From IMG/VR virus record IMGVR_UViG_3300014205_000006, positions 1 to 64,000 of that record: a stretch of 64,000 nucleotides of DNA, one strand, 5' to 3'. The stretch is from a virus. Lineage: Duplodnaviria; Caudoviricetes. Positions 54,475 through 62,907 of the stretch are shown here, one piece after another; position 1 is the first letter of the stretch, and each line of letters opens with the position of its first letter. The position numbers and the translations under genes are program-made. The notes under the pieces are model-generated. The model saw only the letters and a list, made by a program, of their open reading frames with translations. It was not told the DNA's origin and ran no database searches.

Positions 54475-54534
54475 CCGGCGAACCCCTCAGGCTCGAAACA
54501 GGAGCCCGTAGCAGGGCAAGCGGTGGGGAGCGGA

Positions 54535-54652
54535 TGCCGGGCGGGGCTCGTGGAGCCCAATGGTAGTGGCGGCGCTTCCCTGCTTCTCCCTCGTGGAGGA
54601 TTTCAGGGAGGCGAGGTGTGGCGGTTCGAGTCCGCCCGAGCCCTGCCCGGCA
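54535..54652 (+). ncRNA. tRNA-like non-coding RNA
   Basis: 16-bp terminal stem, D-like loop AATGGTA, elongated anticodon-position arm, perfect T-arm GGCGG-TTCGAGT-CCGCC, no encoded CCA. Confidence 0.65.
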
Positions 54653-54979
54653 CGGCGACTAGCACGGTCACGTCCGGGTCGCTCCCGGCGTCTCCCCGTC
54701 TTGTCGCCGTTCCGCCGAGGGACAGGACGGGACGCTGAAGCGGGCTGAGAAGATCAGCACTGGCCCGCTACTGCGATCACCAGTCTCCCGTCCGGCCCTC
54801 GGCAGTAGACCGTCAGCCACCCGTTGAAATGGGTGATGCCTCGGTAGGCGGGTGGCGGCGCAGTCGGGGTCTTGGTCTGGGGCGCGAGGCTCGTGTTGCG
54901 TCGCCTCATCAGCGGTAGCGCACGACGCGCTCCGGGCCAAGGCCCCGGCGACCACGAGTGATTTGGGGAGGCACGCCCG

Positions 54980-55192
54980 ATGGAGCACCCGAGGTACGCG
55001 GACGGGACGCCGATGCTGATCGGCGACAAGGTGAGGCTCCACGCCTCTGTCTATCCCGCCTTGGAGCGTGAGGTGGACGGCCACATCAAGGGCATCGAGT
55101 GGCACCGGGGCGAGGGCGAGCCGTGGCTCACGATGAGCGAGCACCCGGCGCTCGTCATCCGCACCGGCGACGTGGTCGGGAGGGCGGAGTGA
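54980..55192 (+). CDS. Small SH3-like hypothetical protein
   Basis: GGGGAGG RBS; RYADG.....GDKV.L. Confidence 0.55.
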   Translation: MEHPRYADGTPMLIGDKVRLHASVYPALEREVDGHIKGIEWHRGEGEPWLTMSEHPALVIRTGDVVGRAE

Positions 55193-55448
55193 TGCGGCCC
55201 TTCACTCTCAAGGAGAGGTTCATCATCATCCTCACGCACGGAGTCCGCTCATGACAGCCCCCCGCCCTCGCCGAGATGCCCATCCGCTGCCCGGCGCACC
55301 CTGACTACACGGCGGCGGTGTCGTACTACGCCAACGGGCGTGACGGGCGATACCCGGTTCACGCGACGCCGGACGGCGAGTGCGACGGCTGCCAATTCAT
55401 CTTCGCCTTGCGCCACGCGCTCGGCGATGGCACGGTGGAGGTGCGCTC

Positions 55449-55781
55449 ATGACCGCGCAGGGGCCCGCCACGCCGGAGCAGTACGGGATGATCTGCCACT
55501 ACGAGACGGTGTGTCTCCAGCCGCGCGGCTATCACCGCAGCGACGGCGGCGTGCTCGTCAACCACCCCTTCATGACGCGGGAGGACGTGGCCGCGCTCGC
55601 CGCGCCGCTGATGCACTTCTCCAATGGGGCTGTGTACGTCGGCGGCGTCCGCACGCTCGCCTACTCACAGTGCGGCGAGGAGTTCCCCGGCGACGGCCCG
55701 GCGACGGACGATGTTGACGCGGTCACGTGTCTGAAGTGCCTCCGCGAGGGGTTGAAGGCGTGGATGGACGTCAATGACTGA
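55449..55781 (+). CDS. Zn-finger hypothetical protein
   Basis: H...CG...VTCLKC. Confidence 0.55.
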   Translation: MTAQGPATPEQYGMICHYETVCLQPRGYHRSDGGVLVNHPFMTREDVAALAAPLMHFSNGAVYVGGVRTLAYSQCGEEFPGDGPATDDVDAVTCLKCLREGLKAWMDVND

Positions 55782-56130
55782 AGCGCTCCACCGCGAGGGC
55801 CATTGGGCGGCGGGCGTCCTCGCCGAGATTGGCGCGCCATGCGGTTGCGGCGAGCCCGCCGACGTGCTGGGCATGCTCCGCGACCTGCTCGCCGACATGC
55901 CGCTCTATGAGAGTGCCGAACGCCGGGAGCGCTACCAGACCCCGCAGTATGCGTTCATCCTCGCCGTCCTCACGGAGGCCGGGCTGCTCGCTCATGGCGG
56001 AATCCTCACCGGCTCGTGGATCGAGCCGAAGGGCGCGCGACTGCTCGCCTACCTCAAGGCGGCAGACCTCGCCGCCCTCGCCGCTGACCCGGTGGGCTTG
56101 CACTTTGAATGCTCGGAGTACCCTGAATGA
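55774..56130 (+). CDS. Hypothetical protein (CGCG.P...HGG...GSW motif)
   Basis: Operonic; recognisable small phage protein motif. Confidence 0.6.
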   Translation: MTEALHREGHWAAGVLAEIGAPCGCGEPADVLGMLRDLLADMPLYESAERRERYQTPQYAFILAVLTEAGLLAHGGILTGSWIEPKGARLLAYLKAADLAALAADPVGLHFECSEYPE

Positions 56131-56420
56131 TCGACGTGTCTTGGCTGAGTGTCCTCGCCGGGTTCATCATCGGCACGCTGTCCACGGTCGCCGAGCGTCA
56201 TTGGCACCGCTACCGCTCCACGCGCAACATCGATGGCTGCACCGTCTGGCTGGACGTCCCGCTCGGCGACTACGACCACGACACGCGCGGGCCCAACACG
56301 TTCGGCGACCTCTACCGCATCCGCTACCCGGACGAGAAGCAGCCGCTGCGCGGCAGGGGCCTGCCCATCTTCGTCCCGCCCGCCGTGAAGCGCTACATCC
56401 AAGAGGAGCGCGGGCGATGA
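56127..56420 (+). CDS. Membrane-anchored hypothetical protein
   Basis: ATGA coupling; N-terminal TM. Confidence 0.5.
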   Translation: MIDVSWLSVLAGFIIGTLSTVAERHWHRYRSTRNIDGCTVWLDVPLGDYDHDTRGPNTFGDLYRIRYPDEKQPLRGRGLPIFVPPAVKRYIQEERGR

Positions 56421-57100
56421 TGTCGCCGTGGATCAAGCGGGAGTTTGATGATGCGAGGACGCACTTGATCGACAAGCGTGACGACCTCTGCGCCACTTGT
56501 CAAAGGACGCGCCACGCGATTCCTCACGAGTGCGATGCACCGCCCGGTACGCCGGGGCACAGAACGTGCCATCCATTCGTTGAGCCGGAGCGACTCATCG
56601 ACGCTGAGCACATCGAGGTGGGACAGTCCGTGGTCGTGACCGGCACCTCGGCGTACGGCCAGACGACACGCTCGCTGTCCGCAAAGCCGTGCGCCAGACC
56701 CGACTGCGCCCAGCCCGAGGGGAGCGTCATCCACAGCGTGAACGGCCCCGCCTCTGTCGTCGCGCTGGACGGCGGCGTCCTGCCGCGCCACGTGTACCAG
56801 CCGGGGACGCTGCCGAACCTATGGGCCATCTACACGAACCTGTGCAACCTCTCTGGCGGGCCCGCGTCCGGGTCGATGTACGATGACTGGGCGCGCCGCC
56901 GCCGGGCGCAGGCTGACATCGTCCGGCAGGAGATTGACCGGCTCACGCGCGAGGAGGCCGCTGCCGACCGGCTGGAGATGGGCAAGACGCTCGCGGCGGT
57001 CTACACGCGGTTGCGCGAGCACAGCCCTGATGGCCCTCCGTGCGGTGCCGACCGTATCATCGAGGACGTGCTGGACATGCTGACAGGAGACAAGCGGTGA
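56417..57100 (+). CDS. Hypothetical protein with Cys/His micro-domains
   Basis: ATGA coupling. Confidence 0.55.
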   Translation: MMSPWIKREFDDARTHLIDKRDDLCATCQRTRHAIPHECDAPPGTPGHRTCHPFVEPERLIDAEHIEVGQSVVVTGTSAYGQTTRSLSAKPCARPDCAQPEGSVIHSVNGPASVVALDGGVLPRHVYQPGTLPNLWAIYTNLCNLSGGPASGSMYDDWARRRRAQADIVRQEIDRLTREEAAADRLEMGKTLAAVYTRLREHSPDGPPCGADRIIEDVLDMLTGDKR

Positions 57101-57285
57101 CGCGCGAGGATTTCATCGCCCGCTTCGGCCCTGCCGACCCGCTTGCCCGCCACGCGTTCGAGGATGCGCTGAAAGAGTTGTTCGAAGAGGTTGACAACCG
57201 CATCGACAACATGCAGATCAACGCCGAGGATGTGGCCAAGCGGCTGCGCGACCTCGCTGAGAGTTTGGACGAGGGACACGTATGA
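57097..57285 (+). CDS. Small coiled-coil protein
   Basis: GTGA/ATGA coupling. Confidence 0.5.
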   Translation: MTREDFIARFGPADPLARHAFEDALKELFEEVDNRIDNMQINAEDVAKRLRDLAESLDEGHV

Positions 57286-57968
57286 CCCTGTGCACTTGCG
57301 GGCACGCCGAGTTCGCGCCGAACGGCGACGCCATCCACGTCTGCGAGTGCGAGGGCCCGCACTCTGAGGAGACTTCCGGCGATGACTACTGCGTTGAATG
57401 CCGCGAGACGATGGCGCGCTCGAACGCCGACGCCTACCACGTGTTCAAGCCCACGATGACCATCATCGATGACGCAACGCCTCCGATCATCGAGGCCCCT
57501 TGGACGCCGGAACAGGTCGAGGCGCTCAATGCCTATCAGACGTCGGGCGCGTGGCACCCGTTCACCTGCGCGAACCGCGACCCCGCGACGCACGAGGCGC
57601 ACGGACGCGGCGACTATGGCGTGCTGATCGCGACGCCCGCCGGTTGGGTTTGCGAGGACTGCAACTACACGCAGAACTGGGCGCACCGCTTCATGGCCGA
57701 GACGGATGACGGCTTCGCCGCGACTGCCGCCCTCCTGCTCAGCGTCGCTCCGCCCGGCTACGGCTTCCGGTGTATGACGTGCAACGCGACCTTCTCCAGC
57801 GGCTTCGGCGCGTACACCCACCAGATGATCTCTGACCATGCGCCGGTCGCCGCGATGGAGCGCCTCAAGGAGCCGTGGCACCGCCGCCCGCAAGTCCGGG
57901 TGTTCGCCTCGACTTGCCTGTCGTTGCTCGGCATCGCTGTCGCCGTCGCCCTCGGGTGGCTGCGATGA
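57282..57968 (+). CDS. Multi Zn-motif protein with C-terminal TM
   Basis: PWT.EQV..LN.YQ...HPFTC...GWVC..C.Y.Q.WAH. Confidence 0.6.
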   Translation: MTLCTCGHAEFAPNGDAIHVCECEGPHSEETSGDDYCVECRETMARSNADAYHVFKPTMTIIDDATPPIIEAPWTPEQVEALNAYQTSGAWHPFTCANRDPATHEAHGRGDYGVLIATPAGWVCEDCNYTQNWAHRFMAETDDGFAATAALLLSVAPPGYGFRCMTCNATFSSGFGAYTHQMISDHAPVAAMERLKEPWHRRPQVRVFASTCLSLLGIAVAVALGWLR

Positions 57969-58240
57969 GCATCTTCAACAACCGTTGCTCTTGCCCCGGT
58001 CATCGCTTCCCCGGCGTGCACCACGTGCGTGCTTGTTGCGACAGACCGCACGTGAAGGGTGACGGCCCGGTTGTCGGCATCGCACCGCTCCACAAGTGCT
58101 ACTATGCCTCGTGTCGGGAGTGCGGCCCCTATTGCACGTCGTGCGGGAGCAAGCCGCCCGAGGATTTGCCGTTGACGTTCACCGTGTCGTTGTACGAGCA
58201 TGTCGAGCACATCGAGAGGTTGCGCCGTGGGACACCCTGA
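57965..58240 (+). CDS. Cys-rich protein
   Basis: ATGA coupling. Confidence 0.5.
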   Translation: MSIFNNRCSCPGHRFPGVHHVRACCDRPHVKGDGPVVGIAPLHKCYYASCRECGPYCTSCGSKPPEDLPLTFTVSLYEHVEHIERLRRGTP

Positions 58241-58412
58241 GCATTGGCCGACGCACCGAGCGTGCGAGGAATGCTGGCAGCGTTCGTTCGGCACTCGCCC
58301 GGCGCGCGTCCCCTTCGAGTTGGGGACGTGCTGCGCATGCGGGGCGACGATGCGCAACCTCGACATCGAGGTCAACCTCAGGCCGGGGACGGCCAAGTGC
58401 GGGAGCCGCTGA
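58227..58412 (+). CDS. Cys-rich small protein
   Basis: CEECW...CCACG. Confidence 0.45.
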   Translation: MGHPEHWPTHRACEECWQRSFGTRPARVPFELGTCCACGATMRNLDIEVNLRPGTAKCGSR

Positions 58413-58594
58413 TGACAGCACGTGAGAGGGCGCTTGAGGCGGCGGCACAGAGGGTGCAGGACATCGTGCCGCGTCACCCGTTGCCGTGGGATGTGAAGTA
58501 CGCCCTCGCCCTCGCCCTGATCATCGAGCCGAACCGCTGCACCGAGTGCAAGCGTGACCTGCCGCTGATGAAGTGCGTCTGTGGAGGCAAGTGA
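58412..58594 (+). CDS. Small Zn-finger protein
   Basis: Coupled; CTEC...CVC. Confidence 0.45.
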   Translation: MTARERALEAAAQRVQDIVPRHPLPWDVKYALALALIIEPNRCTECKRDLPLMKCVCGGK

Positions 58595-58818
58595 TGGCAG
58601 ACCCGTTGGACATCGAGGTCGAGGCCGCCATCGCGAGGTTGACCATCTCTCGTGTCATCCTCCATCTCATCGCTCCGTACGGCACGTTCCAGAGCGTGCC
58701 GACGCGAGTGCTCAGCGCGATGCGTGAGATAATGTTCGCGTTCTACGCAGATACTGACCAAGAGTTGAAGCGCCGCGAGGTCGCGGCAGCAGCCGAGGGG
58801 GAGCGCCATGGAGAATGA
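58594..58818 (+). CDS. Small hypothetical protein
   Basis: Coupled. Confidence 0.5.
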   Translation: MADPLDIEVEAAIARLTISRVILHLIAPYGTFQSVPTRVLSAMREIMFAFYADTDQELKRREVAAAAEGERHGE

Positions 58819-59410
58819 CACGCTCCAGTGTCAACGGTGCACGTATTGCTGGGTGCCGAGCAAGGGCGCTCGCCCCATGACGCCGGACGGTCGCCCGGTC
58901 GCTTGCCCTCAGTGCAAGTCGCGCCAGTGGCGGACGCCGCGTGAGGGCGTCGCCGAGTTGCGGGCGGAGGTCGCGGCCCTCACAGAGGCGTTGAGGGTGG
59001 CGGGCGAGGAACTTGCCGCCGAGACGGCGCGCGCCAACGATTGGGAGACCAAGTACACCCTGTTGAACGAGGTGCGCAACCTGCTCAACGAGGAGTTGTT
59101 TGCGCTGAAGGGGATTGCCCCTCAAGAGATGGTTGACGTCACGACCCTCGCCGACAAGCAGCGCGTCGTCATGCGCAAGTTCAAGCCCGAGACGCAAGAG
59201 GCGATGGGCATCGCTCCCGCGCCGCTCACGCCGAAGGATGCCGCCATCGCCGTCCTCATCGAACAGGGCATCCCGCAGAGCATCATCGATGATGCGGCGC
59301 TGCACATCGAGATGGAGTATGCCGACAAGCATCCGCCCGGCGCTGTAATCCCTTGGGAGACGGCGTTGCCGGAGCGCGTCACAACGGTGATGTCGAAGGG
59401 CGCGAGATGA
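58808..59410 (+). CDS. Zn-ribbon plus coiled-coil protein
   Basis: CQRC.Y.W...P..CP.CKS..W. Confidence 0.6.
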   Translation: MENDTLQCQRCTYCWVPSKGARPMTPDGRPVACPQCKSRQWRTPREGVAELRAEVAALTEALRVAGEELAAETARANDWETKYTLLNEVRNLLNEELFALKGIAPQEMVDVTTLADKQRVVMRKFKPETQEAMGIAPAPLTPKDAAIAVLIEQGIPQSIIDDAALHIEMEYADKHPPGAVIPWETALPERVTTVMSKGAR

Positions 59411-59886
59411 TGGGCAATTGCTCGATGTGCGAGAGGGGCTCGTGCTTCGGTTGTACCGGCGGCGGTTGCCTCTGTCTTCACAGCATGCCTCGGTTGGACG
59501 GGCGCATTTACCGTGAGCGCGAGATGTCTTGGGGCGAGCGCAACAACCTTGAGGCGGCGCTGAAGAACGCCTTGCTGGAGCGCGACATGTGGAGGGAGCG
59601 CTTCGGATACGAGCAGGCGCAGAACAAGCACCTCGCCGCCGAACTCGACAAGTTGAAGAGGCAAGGCCTCGACGGCAGCAGCAACGCCACCGGCGTCGCT
59701 CTGAAGGCCGACATGACGGTTCCGCCCGAGCCGCTGGTGAAGGAACTCCTCGCCGATGGGGTGCCGCAGAGCATCCTCGATGAGGTTGTGAAGAGGCTGG
59801 TCGCGCAAGGGGCCTTCCACACCGTCACCGGGTGGGAAGTGCACATGCGCCGGGAGGTCGTGGCCCTGATGACGGGCGTCGCATGA
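59407..59886 (+). CDS. Cys-rich plus coiled-coil protein
   Basis: ATGA coupling. Confidence 0.55.
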   Translation: MMGNCSMCERGSCFGCTGGGCLCLHSMPRLDGRIYREREMSWGERNNLEAALKNALLERDMWRERFGYEQAQNKHLAAELDKLKRQGLDGSSNATGVALKADMTVPPEPLVKELLADGVPQSILDEVVKRLVAQGAFHTVTGWEVHMRREVVALMTGVA

Positions 59887-59890
59887 GCGT

Positions 59891-59964
59891 TGGGGCGTCG
59901 TCTAACGGTAGGACGGCAGACTTTGAATCTGCTTGTGTAGGTTCGACTCCTACCGCCCCAGCCA
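59891..59964 (+). tRNA. tRNA-Gln(TTG)
   Basis: TGGGGCG/CGCCCCA acceptor, GCAGA-CTTTGAA-TCTGC anticodon arm, GTAGG-TTCGACT-CCTAC T-arm, encoded CCA. Confidence 0.92.
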
Positions 59965-60017
59965 GTCATCCCAATTGCCGGTGCAGCATCTACATGGTTC
60001 GGTCGAGGGGGCGCGGT

Positions 60018-60251
60018 ATGAATGTGACGATGGCAGCGCTGGTGAAGGCGGCGGGGTGCCTGCCCGAGTGCGGTGCGTCGGTCGAGTTTGACGGAGCCTC
60101 GCGCATGATGCGCGTGAAGCACAACGACCCGTTCACGCCCGGCGACGTGTTCGACCTTGAGGTGGCGCAGTCGGCGCTCGCCGCCGACCCGCAACTCATC
60201 ACGAAGATGCTCAAGGCATTCCACGCGGAGCCCGGATATGACGAGGCCTAG
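60018..60251 (+). CDS. Hypothetical protein, paralogue of the next gene
   Basis: AGC...CG...HN..F.PGDVF shared. Confidence 0.55.
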   Translation: MNVTMAALVKAAGCLPECGASVEFDGASRMMRVKHNDPFTPGDVFDLEVAQSALAADPQLITKMLKAFHAEPGYDEA

Positions 60252-60732
60252 TCACATCACTTGGCCATTCGACAGGACTGTACGGACGGCGGGCTGCGTA
60301 TTCGCATGCGGCGTGGACATCCGGTACGTAGGGCCGGGCATCTCATTCACGCCAGGGCTCGTCGTCCGTCACAACAACCTCTTTCAACCCGGCGACGTGT
60401 TCGAGATGCGCATCCAGGTGCGGGACGGGATTCACGACGGCAACGTCGAGCGCATCGTGTTCGACCTCTTGGCGGCGCTTCACATCGACCCCTGCCTTCA
60501 AGGTGAAGAGGTCGAGGTTGGCGACGATTTGAAGATTGACTTGGGCCTCACGGATGTGAGTAAGGCCTATCTCAACGAGATGGTTCAATTGCCGCCCATC
60601 GACCCCGGCTTGATAGACAGCATGCGCGCGACCGGCTCCGGCATGAACATCTTCGCTGTCAGGGCGGACTCCGCAGGTGCGTCTCTGTCGCTTGATGACA
60701 TACGCCGGGCGATGGACGCTCTCAACCGCTAG
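60238..60732 (+). CDS. Hypothetical protein, paralogue of the previous gene
   Basis: AGC...CG...HN..F.PGDVF shared. Confidence 0.55.
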   Translation: MTRPSHITWPFDRTVRTAGCVFACGVDIRYVGPGISFTPGLVVRHNNLFQPGDVFEMRIQVRDGIHDGNVERIVFDLLAALHIDPCLQGEEVEVGDDLKIDLGLTDVSKAYLNEMVQLPPIDPGLIDSMRATGSGMNIFAVRADSAGASLSLDDIRRAMDALNR

Positions 60733-60767
60733 TCCCGTCTCCATGACTTCGCCGCTAGACTCGAAGT

Positions 60768-61220
60768 ATGGACGCATCGCGCCTCGACCTCGCACGCTTC
60801 GCTCACGACATGGATGGCCTCGCCGCCATCAAGTTCCACGGCGACCACGACCAAGAGGATCACGGCAACCGGGCAGGCACGGCGACGGCGGAACGCTCCG
60901 CGCCGGGCCACCGTAAGCAGCCCCCTGATCGCGCTGAGCACCGCCCGAAGCAGAGGCGGCCAGTGCTGGAGAAGTCGGCAGGGCCGCGCGTCGGATACGA
61001 GGCATTCGGACAACCCAAGGTCGGCTTCCCCAAGATTGAAGTCGTGTGGGATGGCGATGAGGAAGATGAGAGGGACGAGGCCGGGCCTCGTTTCAAGATC
61101 AACCCCAAGCCGCCCGAGACTGAGGTGGACACCGAGCACCCCGGCCTGATCAAGCGCGCCCGCGCCGCCATCGGTCTCAACGAGGGCGACTGGCCGACCT
61201 ATGCCCCTCAGCCGCGCTGA
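60768..61220 (+). CDS. Hydrophilic protein with HGDHDQEDHG motif, probably leaderless
   Basis: TAGACT ends 6 nt before the ATG; overlaps the TerL start. Confidence 0.55.
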   Translation: MDASRLDLARFAHDMDGLAAIKFHGDHDQEDHGNRAGTATAERSAPGHRKQPPDRAEHRPKQRRPVLEKSAGPRVGYEAFGQPKVGFPKIEVVWDGDEEDERDEAGPRFKINPKPPETEVDTEHPGLIKRARAAIGLNEGDWPTYAPQPR

Positions 61221-62841
61221 GCAACTTCACGCCCTGAAGGTCGAACGTGCCCGCCGCCCCGATGGGGCTGCCACTTTCGCTGAATTGATGCTCCGAGACC
61301 ATCAAACGATGGCTCCGATCCACAATGCCGACATCCACCGCGAGTGGCACGACGCTGCGAACAACCACAAGTTCACGGTGATCGAGGCTCCGCGTGACCA
61401 CGGCAAGACGGAGCAGATGGCGATTGCCCGCCCGATTTGGGAGTTGGGCATGAACCCGGAGTTGCGGATCAAGATCATCGGCAACAACGATGAGAAGGCA
61501 GCTGAGCGCGTCCGCTCCATCCGCGAGAACATCGACAACAATGAAGCCGTCCACGAGGTGTTCCCTCACCTCAAGCCCAAGCGCGGACGCGAGTGGAACG
61601 ACCACAAGATCACCGTGGAGCGCCGCTCCCTCTCGAAAGACCCGAGCATCGAGGCCAAGGGCATCCTCGCCGGTACGGTCGGTGGGCGCGGCGACCTTGA
61701 GTTGTTCGACGACCCGATTGACCTGCGCAACACCATCCTCAACCCGGCCTTCCGTCAACAGATCATCGACACCTTCGACAACACGTGGCGGAACCTGCTG
61801 GAGCCGGACGGTCGCATCCAAGCGATCATGACGCCGTGGCACACGGCTGACCTCCTGAATCACATGAAGCGCCAGTCGGACTTCTTTGTGGTGACCCACA
61901 AGATCAACCTCGACATCGGCGATGAGATTCGCAGCGAGGTCACCGACACGCACATCATCCGTGAGGGCATCCTCTGGCCGCAGCACTGGCCGCGCGAGGC
62001 GCTGGAGGAACGTCGCCGGGCGAGCGTCCGAGCGTTCCAGCGCGGCTACGAGTTGCGCCCCATCTCTGATGAAGAGGTGATGTTCGGCAAGCAGATCATC
62101 CAGCACGCCATCCGCAATGACCTCCGGTGGCCCGTCGTGCACGTCCCGCACCGCCCCGTCTTCACAGGCGTTGACCTCGCCGCGAGCCTCGGCGGGAAGG
62201 GCGCGTTCACTGTCGTCTTCACGGCTGAGGTTGATGAGCGCGGGACGCGCATCCCCATCGACATCCGCCGGGCTCGGCAGCCGTTCCCGGTGACGATCAA
62301 TGACATCCGTCAGACGTGGGACATCTACAAGCCCATGCTGATCGGCGTCGAGTCCAATGCGTATCAGGCGAGCGTCGTTCAACAGCTGGCGGAGTATGCC
62401 GCTCACATCCCCGTGGTGGGCCTCGCGACCGGCACGAACAAGATGGACTTGGACTTCGGCCTTCCCTCGATGCACCAGCAGTTCGTCAACGGCGGTTGGG
62501 CCATCCCCGCCGCCGATCACGCAGACGGCTGCGAGTGCCCGCGCTGCGCGTGGGTCGAGGAGTTGGAGTCATACCCGGCGAGCGCCTACAGCGACACTCT
62601 GATGGCGATGTGGATGTGCGAGCAGGTCGTGCGCAAGGGCTATGCGGGCGTGGACGAAGGCGCAGAGCGCCTGTTGGCGCTGACTCAGACCAGTCGCTTC
62701 CTCGACAAGTGGGGAGCGTCAGAGGGCGAGTCGCGCCGCGACTGGTCGCCGCCGGGCATGACGAGCGAGCCTCTGGCCGCGCCGGGCGTGAGCATCGTGT
62801 CGTCTGCCGACAGACCGTCAAGGTGGCGCGGAGCCGGTTGA
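61201..62841 (+). CDS. terL: Terminase large subunit
   Basis: Walker A PRDHGKT, G.RGDL...DDP, MTPWH..DL, GVDLA, ESNAYQ, SDTLMA. Confidence 0.9.
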   Translation: MPLSRAEQLHALKVERARRPDGAATFAELMLRDHQTMAPIHNADIHREWHDAANNHKFTVIEAPRDHGKTEQMAIARPIWELGMNPELRIKIIGNNDEKAAERVRSIRENIDNNEAVHEVFPHLKPKRGREWNDHKITVERRSLSKDPSIEAKGILAGTVGGRGDLELFDDPIDLRNTILNPAFRQQIIDTFDNTWRNLLEPDGRIQAIMTPWHTADLLNHMKRQSDFFVVTHKINLDIGDEIRSEVTDTHIIREGILWPQHWPREALEERRRASVRAFQRGYELRPISDEEVMFGKQIIQHAIRNDLRWPVVHVPHRPVFTGVDLAASLGGKGAFTVVFTAEVDERGTRIPIDIRRARQPFPVTINDIRQTWDIYKPMLIGVESNAYQASVVQQLAEYAAHIPVVGLATGTNKMDLDFGLPSMHQQFVNGGWAIPAADHADGCECPRCAWVEELESYPASAYSDTLMAMWMCEQVVRKGYAGVDEGAERLLALTQTSRFLDKWGASEGESRRDWSPPGMTSEPLAAPGVSIVSSADRPSRWRGAG

Positions 62842-62850
62842 CGAGCCCTC

Positions 62851-62872
62851 CCAAGAGTCGCGCCGGTAGGCT
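62851..62872 (+). promoter_or_regulatory. Candidate late promoter (CCAAGAGTC-N7-TAGGCT)
   Basis: Intergenic, just upstream of the portal RBS; motif recurs elsewhere. Confidence 0.45.
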
Positions 62873-62907
62873 AGGTATGAACACTCTCATCCACGGAGGC
62901 CTAGCAC

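Noticed and set aside
54535-54652. tmRNA or functional tRNA call
   Set aside because: No G3-U70, no tag ORF, no 7-nt anticodon loop, no CCA
54654-54750. HDV-like (theta) ribozyme after the tRNA-like element
   Set aside because: A P1-like GGCGACT/GGTCGCT with G-U and a P3-like CGG-TCACGT-CCG exist, but the GG needed for P1.1 is CC and no convincing P2 forms; treated as an ordinary nested hairpin pending a covariance-model search
55192-55452. Read-through or frameshift at 55251-55263
   Set aside because: An in-frame TGA and a C run separate two short ORFs, but a simple ATG at 55276 explains the second ORF; evidence too weak
12105-59964. Stop-codon recoding or prophage integration at tRNAs
   Set aside because: Genes read normally in the standard code with all three stops used; no integrase or duplicated tRNA 3' end seen
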